Below are positions 49,463-61,095 of a stretch of DNA of 64,000 bases, piece by piece; positions within the stretch are counted from its first letter, which is position 1; every line of letters starts with the position of its first letter. Position numbers and translations under genes: made by a program. The DNA lies in NCBI GenBank assembly GCA_028826165.1, contig JAPDFW010000055.1:248001-312000 (forward strand), read 5' to 3'. The DNA comes from Anaeramoeba ignava BMAN. Lineage: Eukaryota > Protista > Anaeramoebae. The notes below the pieces were generated by a model, which saw only the letters and a program-made list of their open reading frames with translations, did no database searches and was not told the DNA's origin.

Positions 49463-50036
49463 TCAATTAAAAATATCTTCAAAAGCATAATAATCTACTT
49501 CTTTCATTCCTAGTTCTTCAAATATTTTTTGTGTTTCAATGTTTTTTTTTGGAATACATGATCTAAAACCAACTGCTTTAGTTTTTATTGCAAAATCTTT
49601 AACAAATTGATGAAATTTTGAATAAATTTTTTCTGTTCGAAATTCTTTTTGGATAAATAATTTATTCAACCACCAAAACATACCATTTCTCCAATCAGAC
49701 CATTCAAAATTAATCATATAGAAGCCAATAATTTTACCCGAATCTTAAGAAATAAATTTTAATTATAAATTTTAAATATAAATTTTAAATTATAAATTTT
49801 AAATATAAATTTTAATTAAATATACTTTCGGCAACAAAAAAAGAGCCAAATTTAGGGTTTTCTATTAAAAACTTTATTCCATTTTCAACAACTTCTTCTT
49901 TTAAATTTTCTTTTAAATTTTCTTTTAAATTTTCTTTTTCATTTTCAATATCTAATTTTGCAATTTGATTTATATCTTCAATAACAGCCTTTCTTACTAT
50001 AATTTCAAAATTTTTATTTTCAATTTGATTCTCCAT
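49463..50036 (-). CDS. GNAT N-acetyltransferase, bacterial EWSDWRNG type (intron 49744-49825)
   Basis: IVRKAVIEDI...FFVAE/NSGKIIGFYMINFEWSDWRNGMFWW...IQKEFR...FEELGM. Confidence 0.85.
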
Positions 50037-50182
50037 AAAAAAAGAAAGAAATTTAATTAAAAAAAAATGAAATTTTTAAAAAGGAAAAAAAACAAAATTT
50101 TTTTTTCATTTTTTTTCCCTTTTTTTTTTCAAATTATTTCTTTATCTTTTTCCTTTAATTTTTTTTTTCAGAAATTAAAATA

Positions 50183-53100
50183 ACGTCACAAACAAATCCA
50201 AAAATTCTTAAATTTCTATTAGTTGGTGATTCTCTTGTTGGGAAAAGCAGTCTTCTTGAACAACTTTGTGATTCAAGTTTTTCTCGTGAACCAAAAGCAA
50301 CTATTGGTGTTGATTTTCGTTTTCATACTCTTTTTATAGATACTGTTGCATATTCTCTTCAAATTGTATTTCTAATTTAATTTTAATTTTAATTTTAATA
50401 TTAATTTTAATTATAATTTTAATATTAATTTTAATTTTAATTTTAATTTTAATTTTAATTTTAATTTTAATTTTAATTTTAATTTTAATTTTAATTTTAA
50501 TTTTAATTTTAATTTTAATTTAAATTTTAATTTTAATTTTAATTTTAATTTTAATTTTAATTTTATAAATGAATTTTAATTTTAATTTTAATTTAAATTT
50601 TAATTTTAATTTCAATTTCAATTTTAATTTTAATTTTAATTTCAATTTTAATTATAATTTTAATTTTATAAATGAATTTTTAAGGTAATTTTTTTAAAAT
50701 TTCAAAATTTTAATTTAAAATTTAACAAAAACAAACATTTTTAATTTTCACAAACTTTATCGAAATGCAGATGGAATAATTTTAATTTTTAAACAAATTT
50801 TCAAACATTTTAACATTTAAAACAATGGTATTTTTAAGTTAATTCAAATTTTAATTTTAATTTTAATTTTAATTTTTAATTTTAATTTAAATTTAAATTT
50901 TAATTTTATTTTTAATTTTATAAATGAATTTTAATTTTAATAATAATTTTAATTTTATAAATGAATTATAATATTAAATTTAATTTTAATTTTAATTATA
51001 ATATTAATTTTAATTTTAATTTTAATTTTAATTTTAATTTTAATTTTAATTATAAATTTTAATTTTAATTTTATAAATGAATTTTAATTTTAATTTTAAT
51101 TTTAATTTTAATTAGTGGGATACTGCAGGTAATTTTATTAAAAAAAAACCCAAAATTTTAAATCAAGAATTAAAATTAATAACAAAAACAAACAGGACAA
51201 GAAAGATTTCGTTCAGTATCACAAACTTACTATCGAAATGCAGATGGAATAATTATTGTATATGATTTAACAAATAGTCAAACATTTTCACATGTAAAAC
51301 AATGGTATTCACAAGTTATTCAAATGGCACCAAAACATTCACAAACACTTTTACTTGCAAACAAAATTGATCTTGAAGAATCTCGTTCTATTCCTTTAGA
51401 ACAAGGCCAAGTATTTGTTTATTATCTATTTAGTTTATTTTATAAATCTATTATTTTTTGAATCACACCTTTTTTTTATATTTTCATTTAAAAGGCTCTT
51501 GCCGATGAACTTAATTGTGATTTTTTTGAAGTTAGTGCAAAAACTGGTGAAAATATTGTTAAAGGTTTAACTCGTTTAGTTATTCGTTCATTAGAATCTC
51601 TCCAAAAGTGATATTTTAAATCAATATATTTTAAATCAATATATTTAAATCAATATATTTAAATCAATATATTTTAAATCAATATATTTAAATCAATATT
51701 ATTTAAATCAAAATATATTTAAATCAATATATTTAAATCAAAATATATTTAAATCATATTAAAAATCATATATATTTAATATATTTAAATTTATTTAAAT
51801 CCCCAATATATTTTAAATTAAATATTTAAATCAAAATATTTAAATCAATATATTTAAATAAATATATTTAAATAAATATATTTAAATCAATATATTTAAA
51901 TCAAATATATTTAAATTAATATATTTAAATAAATATATTTAAATCAATATATTTAAATCAATATATTTAAATCAAATATATAAATCAAATATATTTAAAT
52001 CAAAATATTTTCAAAATTAAAAATATATTTAAATCAAAATAAATATATTTAAATCAATATATTTTAAATATATTTAAATCAATATATTTAAATCAATATA
52101 TTTAAATAATATATTTAAACTGGGTTAAATCAATATATTTTAAATCAATATATTTAAATCAATATATTTAAATTAATATATTTAAATCAATATATTTAAA
52201 TTAATATATTTAAATCAAAATATTTTATATTTAAATCAAATATATTTAAAAATATATTTAAAATTAATATATTTAAATTAATATATTTAAATCAAAATAT
52301 TTAAATCAATATTTTAAATCAATATATTTAAATCAATATATTTAAATCAATATATTTAAATCAATATTTTAAATCAATATATTTAAATCAATATATTTAA
52401 ATCAATATATTTTAAATCAATATATTTAAATTAATATATTTTAAATCAATATATTTAAATCAATATATTTTTATTTAAATCAATATATTTAAATCAATAT
52501 TTAAATCAATATATTTAAATCAATATATTTAAAAAATAAATATATATTTAAATAAATTTAAATATATTTAAATCAATATATTAAAAATTAATATATTTAA
52601 ATCAATATATTTAAATAAAATATATTTAAATCAATATATTTAAATCAAATATATTTAAATCAAAATATTTAAATCAATATATTTAAATCAAATATATTTA
52701 AATCAATATATTTTTAAATCAATATATTTAAATCAATATATTTAAATCAATATATTTTAAATAAAATATATTTAAATCAATATATTTAAATCAATATATT
52801 TAAATCAAATATATTTAAATCAATATATTTAAATCAATATATTTAAATCAAAATATTTAAATCAATATATTTAAATCAATATATTTAAAATAATATATTT
52901 AAATTAATATATTTAAATTAATATATTTAAATTAATATATTTAAATCAAATATTTAAATCAAATATTTAAATCAAATATATTTAAATCAAATATGTTTAA
53001 ATCAAATATGTTTAAACCAATATATTTAAATCAAAATATTTAAATCTAAATTAAAAATTAAAAATCGGAAAAAAAATTTAGAAAAAAAGAAGAAGAAGAG

Positions 53101-53184
53101 AAATTAAAAGAAAATACTCAAGTAGATAAACCAATAGAAATAAGAGATCCCAAAATAGAACGAAAAAAATCAACTTGTTGTTAA
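50183..53184 (+). CDS. Rab GTPase (exons ~50183-50365, 51116-51128, 51196-51410, 51495-51607, 53082-53184)
   Basis: GDSLVGKS, TIGVDF, WDTAGQERFRS, YYRNADG, NKID, EVSAK, and C-terminal KKSTCC. No in-frame ATG; ACG at 50183 sits where the start is expected. Confidence 0.88.
50375..51112. repeat. (TTTTAA)n satellite in Rab intron 1
   Basis: Direct reading. Confidence 0.88.
51610..53050. repeat. 14-bp satellite (AAATCAATATATTT)n in the last Rab intron
   Basis: Direct reading. Confidence 0.9.
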
Positions 53185-54131
53185 TTATTTTGAATCAAGA
53201 AAAAGAAAATGATTGATTTTTGATTTTTAATTTTTAATTTTTGATTTTTAATTTTTAATTTTTAATTTTTAATTCAAAATAGTTTCATTTCTTTTTAAAA
53301 AAAGAAAACTTAATCTGAAAGAAGATTTTAAAATAACTTATTTATTTGAAACTTGTTTTATTTTCTTTTCAATCAAATTTTTTATTTTTTTAAATGAAAT
53401 TTTTTAAATGAAAATTTTTAAATGAAAATTTTTTTTTAGTTGATTAAAGAGAACTTTTAAGAAAGATTAAAAATAAATAATAAATAATAAATTAAAAATA
53501 AAAAGGGAAGAAAAAAAGAAAAAAAAATTTTTTAATTAAAATTTAAATTTAAATTAAATTATGATCAAAAAACAAAGTTTAATTTTATTGGATAATTGAA
53601 TTAATAAAAAAAAATTTAGAATTAAAAAGATTCAAGACAGTAAAATCAAAGAAGAGATGATTTGGAAAAAGGATCTGAAACTGACGTTTCAACAAATAAA
53701 GTAAATAAAGAAATAATAAATAAAAAAAATTTTTTTTTCTTTTTTTATATTTTTTAAATTAAATTAAATTGAAAAATAAAATTAAATTAAATTAAATTAA
53801 TAAAATTAACAGAAAGTTTATTGATTTAAAAAAATAAGAAGAATAAAGCTTTTTAATTGATTTTTTAATTAAAAAAATTTTTTTTCTTTTTCTTTTTTTT
53901 TTTTTTTTTTCTTTTAAGATCAAAATTAAAAAAAAAATTTTTTTTATTTAAATTTTTTTTTATTTATTTTAAAAAATTAAAAGTTCATTTTTTTCTTTTT
54001 TTTTTAGAGCAGTTAGAAAAGTAATTTTAATAATAGAAAAATTAAGTTAAAATTTAAAATTAAATTTTTAATTTAAAAAAAATTAAAAAAAATTTAAAAA
54101 AATAATAATAGTGGGAGTGAGTATAGAACAT

Positions 54132-57100
54132 ATGGTGACTACGGTCAACATTTATTCAGCCTGTAAAACTTAATTTTAAAGAAAAAAAAAAATTTTTTTT
54201 AAAAAATAAATTAAAAAAAATTAAAATAAAAATTAAATTAAAAATTAAAATAAAAAAGTAATGTTCATTTTTTCTTTACATGGGCTGAGCCAACAAGAAA
54301 CTGCAAAAAGAGGTAAATTTTTTTTTTTGGAAATTGACATTTTTTTTTGGATTTGAAAAGGAGAAAAACAAAATCATTAATAAAAAAAAAACAAAAAAAC
54401 AAAAAAAACAAAAAAAAAAAAGATTGAAGAAAATTGATGAAACAAAATAATTGGACATTAACAAAAAAATTTTTTTTGTTGTTTTCTTTTTGTTTTTTTT
54501 AAAAAAAAAAAGGAAATGTATTTGGAATAAGTGGTATGCTAATGTCAATCATTGCGCTGGCAATTTCAAATTCAGTATTTGGACATGGATATGTGATTCT
54601 TGTGATAGGAATCATTGTCGGATGGATAATTGGGTTTACAATGGCAGCAATAGTGTCAATGACAACTATACCGCAGATGATAGCATTGCTGCATTCTTTT
54701 GGAGGATTAGCAGCGTTTTTAGCATCAGTGGCGAAGTATCTTGATCACGGAAACAACAACGACATATACAGGCGGAGAATTGTATGTTGAAAAAGTGTTT
54801 TTATGGCTGGGAATTATTATTGGAATGACGACATTTGTAGGATCAATTTTCGCAGCAATTAAATTACAAGGCTTACGTGGATTTCGAGGGATGATCTTGC
54901 TTCCCGGCAGAAATTATTTAAATGCCATTCTTGTTTTAGGGATGATCGCATCCGGCATTCCGTTCATTATAAAAAAGCCGATCAGCGGATGGTATTTGAT
55001 GATAGTTTTCTCAGCACTTGCAGCATTTTTTGGATTTCATTTTGTGACAGCTATCGGAGGAGCAGATATGCCAGTTGTTATTTCTATATTGAACTCCATG
55101 TCTGGATGGGCAGGCGTTATGGAAGGATTTGGTGTTGGGAACAATTTGCTTATCACAACAGGTGCACTTGTGGGATCTTCAGGAGGAATTTTGTCTTATA
55201 TTATGTGCAGAGCAATGAACCGTTCGTTTATAAATGTGTTCAAAGGAGGGAAGTTAGCGAAGAAGAAGAAGAAAAATAAGGGAGAAGAAGAAGCAAAGAC
55301 GATTCAAGAGATTGATTTAGATGGTGCAGCAGAGATACTTAAAAACGCAAAGAAAATCATTATTGCGCCTGGATACGGTATGGCTGTTGCACGCGCTCAA
55401 CATGCCGTTTCAGAAATGTCAAAATTACTCCGTTCGTTTAATAGAGACGTTACTTTTGGAATCCATCCCGTTGCCGGAAGACTTCCCGGACACATGAACG
55501 TCCTTCTTGCAGAGGCTCAAGTGCCTTATGATATCGTGTTCTCAATGGAAGAGGTCAACCCCACAATCGAAGAGAACGATGTTGCTATTGTTATCGGTGC
55601 TAATGATACCGTTAATCCTGCTGCTATTGAAGATCCCGACTCAATCATCGCAGGAATGCCTGTTGTCGAGGTCTGGAAAACAAACACAGTCATTGTTATC
55701 AAACGATCAATGCGAGCGGGCTATGCTGGTATTGAGAACCCTCTTTTCTACAAGGAAAATACCCGCATGCTTTTCGGAGACGCCAAGGATGTTGTGCAGA
55801 ATCTCTTTGTCAAGCTCAAGTCTATGGATCTCGGCGCTCCAAAGGGATCAGGTGCGAAAAAAAAGGATGATTTCTCTACTGACACCTCCGACAGCGAGAC
55901 ACACAATCTCATCGACAAGGATAAGAACGGAGACGATCTTATGCTCGACAAGGTCGACAATAACCTCCAGAGTCTCCACAACACATACATGAAGGTGGGT
56001 GTTGTCAAAGAGATTGCCGAGAACGCTCGAATCGTTGCCATCACTCCCGACATCTGCGAGAAGCTTCTGAAATACGGTTTCGAAACACTTGTCGAAACAG
56101 GAGCAGGTGCGCTCGCTAAATATTCAGATACCCAATACAAACGCGCAGGCGCAACCATTCTCCCTTCAGCAGAAGAGGTGTGGAAAACAGCCGACATCAT
56201 TCTCAAACTGGATCCTCCGCAGATCAACGAGAAGACTGGTGTCCACGAAATTGATCTCCTTCCCGAAAACGGAATGCTTGTGTCGTGGTTGTGGCCAGAC
56301 AGAAACCCCGATCTCATCAAGCGTCTCCAAGCCAAGAAAGCAACCGCTCTCGCCATGGATCTTGTCCCACGTATCAGCAGATCTCAACGTCTCGACGCAC
56401 GAAGTTCAATGGCAAAGGTTGGCGGTTATCGAGCCGTTGTCGAGTCTTCTTACCATTACGAGAAATTCTTTTTGGGAGAGGTCACTGCTGCGGGTAAATA
56501 TCCACCTGCAATTGTCATGATCATCGGTGCAGGTGTTGCCGGACTTGCTGCCATCGGAACTGCCAAGAATTTGGGAGCTATTGTACGTGCATTCGATACT
56601 CCGTCCCGTTGTCAAGGAACAAGTCGAATCCATGGGCGCAGAATTTTTAGAAGTTGATATGGAAGAAGATGGAACAGGTCAAGGTGGTTATGCCAAGGTT
56701 ATGAGTCAAGAATTTATTGAGGCTGAAATGCGTCTTTTCGCTCAGCAATCCAAAGAAGTCGACATCATCATCACAACTGCCCAAATCCCCGGAAAACGCG
56801 CTCCACTTTTAATCAAAAGAGAACATGTCGAGCTCATGAAAGAAGGATCTGTTGTTGTCGATATGGCTGCAGATTCTGGCGGTAATTGCGAAGTCACTCA
56901 AAAGGGTCAGATCATCAACTACAAGGGTGTCACCGTCATCGGAGTCACTGATCTTCCCTCCAGAATGGCTGCCCAATCCTCACAAATGTACGGAACCAAC
57001 TTGCTCAATCTCATGGACGAAATGAAACGCGCAAAAGACTTTGTTGTCGATCTCAACAACGAAATCATCACCGGAATGTGCGTCACATATCAAGGTGAAG

Positions 57101-57600
57101 CCAAATGGCCTCCACCAAAAAAAGACCCGCCCAAACAAGCTCCTCCTCCAAATCAAGCTCCTAAACCCCAAATCCTCAAACCCGTTGAAGTTGCCGCTCC
57201 AAAGAAAAGACGCAGTCTTGGAGCAAGAATCACAATTGGCGTTATTCTCTGGATCATCGGTCTCGCTATTTTCTGTGTCTTTGGTCTCTGGGGTCCAGAA
57301 ACTTTCCTTACCCATCTTTCCATCTTTGTTCTTTCTTGCATTGTCGGTTGGACCGTTATTTGGAACGTTACTCCCGCTTTACATACCCCTCTTCTTTCTG
57401 TTACAAACGCCATTTCTGGTATTGTTATTCTTGGTGGTATGACCTTAATTTCACACGGTTCTTGGAAAAACACTACAACTTTCTTCGCCGCCTTTTCCAT
57501 CATGTTCGCTTCTATCAATGCTGCTGGTGGTTTCTTGGTTACATACAAAATGCTCAGAATGTTTAAGAGAGAAGACGAAACTACTGGTCGACAAGTTTAA
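54132..57600 (+). CDS. pnt: proton-translocating NAD(P) transhydrogenase, single-chain beta-linker-alpha (exons 54132-54162, 54259-54312, 54513-57600; apparent extra bases near 54749 and 56601)
   Basis: PntB N-terminus FIFSLHGLSQQETAKRGNVFG, PQMIALLHSFGGLAA, AIGGADMPVVIS, PGYGMAVA, HPVAGRLPGHMNVLLAEA. Then PntA motifs GAGVAGLAA, DIIITTAQIPG, TPALHTPLLSVTNAISG. Confidence 0.95.
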
Positions 57601-58070
57601 AAATTTAATTCAATTTTTAATTCAATTCAATTCAAAAATCAAATTTTTTTTAGTTGATTTTTTTTTTCCAGATCAGAATTTTGCTTTTTGTTTTTTTTTC
57701 TTTTTCCACTTTTCTTTCCTTTTTTTTTTTCTTCTTTTTTTTTTTACTTTTCCTCAAAACAACAATTTTCTGATTGATAAACATTTTCCTGCCCCAACAC
57801 CTCAATTATAATTTTGAGATGGAAAGGCTTTTATGCTTTTGATTTCTCTTCTTTTTACTTTTTTCTTTAAATTTAAATTTAAATTTAAAATTTAAATTAA
57901 ATTAGATCTTTTATTTTTCTTTTTTAAAAATAAATACAAAATAAAAAAACAAAATCAAACAAAAAAAATTTTTTTTTTCTTCTTTTTATTTTATTTTTAA
58001 AATTTAAATTTCATTTTTTTTTTCTTTTTCTTTTTTTTTCTTTCTTTCTTTCTTTCTTTTCTTAAATTTT

Positions 58071-61000
58071 ATGAGTAATACTGTACCTGAACAAATTTCT
58101 GGATCTGTTTTATCTGCTGAAAATATTCTTTTAGCAATAGAGAATGGGTATATAAATTCAAATATAAAAACATAAATATAAAAAATTAATTTATGATTCG
58201 TAATAAGTAAAATCTCTAATTATATTTTAATTTTATTCAATAACGTATTACAAAATAATTAAAACAATGAAATTTATCTTTAAATTAATATATAATTAAT
58301 ATATAATTTATTTATAATTTATCTATAATTTATCTATAATTTATCTATAATTTATCTATAATTAATATAAAATTTATCTATAATTTATCTATAATTTATC
58401 TAAATTAATATAAAATTTATATAATTTATCTATAATTTAATTTATCTATAATTAATATAAAATTTATCTAAAATTTATATAAAATTTATTTATAATTTAT
58501 CTATAATTCATTTATAATTTATCTAAAATTAATATAAAATTAATATATAATTAATATAAAATTAATATAATTTATCTAATATATAATTTGTTTATAATTA
58601 ATATAATTAATATAAAATTAATATATAATTAATCTAAAATTTATCTATAATTAATATAAAATTAATATAAAATTTATTTATAATTTATATATAATTTATC
58701 TATAATTTATCTATAATTTATCTATAATTTATCTATAATTTTATCTAAAAATTTATCTATAATTTTATCTATAATTTATCTATAATTTTAATATATAATT
58801 AATATATAATTTATTTATAATTTATCTATAATTTATCTATAATTTTATCTATAATTTATCTATAATTTATCTATAATTTTATCTATAATTTATCTATAAT
58901 TTTATCTATAATTTATCTATAATTTTATCTATAATTTATCTATAATTTATCTATAATTTATAATTTAAATATAATTTTATATATATAATTTATCTATAAT
59001 TTATTTATAATTTATCTATAATTTATTTATAATTAATATATAATTTTATCTATAATTTATTTATAAATTTATTTATAATTTATCTATAATTTATCTATAA
59101 TTTATATATAATTAATATAAAATTAATATAAAATTTATATAAAATTTATATAAAATTAATATAAGATTTATCTATAATTTATCTATAATTTAATATAAAA
59201 TTAATATATAATTTATCTAAAATTAATATAAAATTAATATATAATTAATCTATAATTTATCTATAATTTATATATAATTTATCTATAATTTATCTATAAT
59301 TTATCTATAATTTATCTATAATTTATCTATAATTTATCTATAATTTATCTATAATTAATCTATAATTTATCTATAATTTATCTATAATTTATCTAAAATT
59401 AATATAAAATTAATTATAATTTATCTATAATTTATATAAAATTAATATAAAATTAATATAAAATTAATATAAAATTAATATAAAATTAATATATAATTTA
59501 TATATAATTTATTTATAATTTATTTATAATTTATCTAAAATTTATCTATAATTATATCTATAATTTATCTATAATTTATCTATAATTTATCTATAATTTA
59601 TCTATAATTTATTTTATAATTTATCTATAATTTATCTATAATTTATCTATAATTTATCTAAAATTAATATATAATTTATCTAAAATTAATATATAATTAA
59701 TATAAAATTAATATAAAATTAATATAAAATTAATATAAAATTAATATAAAATTAATATAAAATTAATATAAAATTAATATAAAATTAATATAAAATTAAT
59801 ATAAAAATTAATATAAAATTAATATAAAATTAATATAAAATTATTTATAATTAATATAAAATTAATATAAAATTATTTATAATTAATATAAAATTAATAT
59901 AAAATTAATATAAAATTATTTATAATTAATCTATAATTTATTTATAATTTATCTATAATTTATATATAATTAATATAAAATTAATATATAATTAATATAA
60001 AATTAATATAAAATTTATCTAAAATTTATCTATAATTTATCTATATTTATCTATAATTTATCTAAAATTAATATAAAATTTATCTAAAATTAATATATAA
60101 TTAATATAAAATTTATATATAATTTATATATAATTAATATAAAATTTATATATAATTTATATATAATTAATATAAAATTTATCTAAAATTAATATATAAT
60201 TAATCTATAATTTATCTATAATTTATCTATAATTTATTTATAATTTATCTAAAATTAATATAAAATTAATATAAAATTAATATAAAATTAATATAAAATT
60301 AATATAAAATTAATATAAAATTAATATAAAATTTATTTAAAATTAATCTAAAATTAATATAAAATTTATTTATAAAAAAAGGGATCTCTCTGTTTCTCCA
60401 TTCGAAAAAGACAACATACATGGAGCAAGGTAAATCAAAATCCCCAAAAATAAAAAAGAAAACAAAACTTTTTTTAATCCAAAATTTATAAATCAAAAAA
60501 TAGTTTGGATTTAAGACTTGGAAAAGAATTTCGTATATACAAAGAACCAGAAAATATTGTTTCAGTTAAAGAAGATGCAGATTACAAAAAAATAACAGAT
60601 AAAATTGTTCTTGATGATAAAAATAAATATTACGATCTAAAACCACAAACTTCTTGTCTCGGAGTAACTAAAGAATCTCTCAAACTCTCAAACAAAATAT
60701 GTGCTTTTTTATCAGGTCGTTCCAGGTTTTTATTTTTTTTTATTTTTTTTTCAACAATCCAAAACGGAAAAAAAAAATTTTTTTTTTCGACTTTTGATTA
60801 ATTTTTATTTTTTTTTTTAGATTTGCCAGAATAGGTCTTTTTATTCATTTCTCAAGTAATTTTATTCAACCAGGTATTGAAGGTCCTGTTGTTCTTGAAA
60901 TTTTTAATTCATCAAATGTAATCAAAAAAAAAAAGTGGAAAAAAATTTTTTTTTAATTTTTTGATTATTTTTTGTTTTAAAAATAAAAAGCATACTTTAC

Positions 61001-61095
61001 GTTTATTTCCTGATGTTTGTGTTTGCCAAGTAATTTTTCTTGAAACTAAAGGAGAAGCAGCTTATAATGGTCAATTCCAAAAACAAATTTTGTGA
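58071..61095 (+). CDS. dcd: dCTP deaminase (trimeric dUTPase superfamily), 182 aa (exons 58071-58147, 60382-60429, 60504-60725, 60821-60917, 60991-61095)
   Basis: Spliced product: VLSAENILLAIENGDLSVSPF...GASLDLRLG...LGVTKESLKL...GRSRFARIGLFIHFSSNFIQPGIEGPVVLEIFN...VCQVIF...YNGQFQKQ. Exons total 549 nt and stay in frame. Confidence 0.9.
58270..60375. repeat. 11-bp satellite (TATAATTTATC / TATAAAATTAA)n in dcd intron 1
   Basis: Direct reading. Confidence 0.9.

Noticed and set aside
52119-52128. Telomere-like GGGTTA within the 14-bp satellite
   Set aside because: Single occurrence and not tandem.
8997-53184. Functional membrane-trafficking cluster (TBC, synergin-like, Rab)
   Set aside because: Genes are tens of kb apart, interspersed with unrelated genes, and belong to large families.
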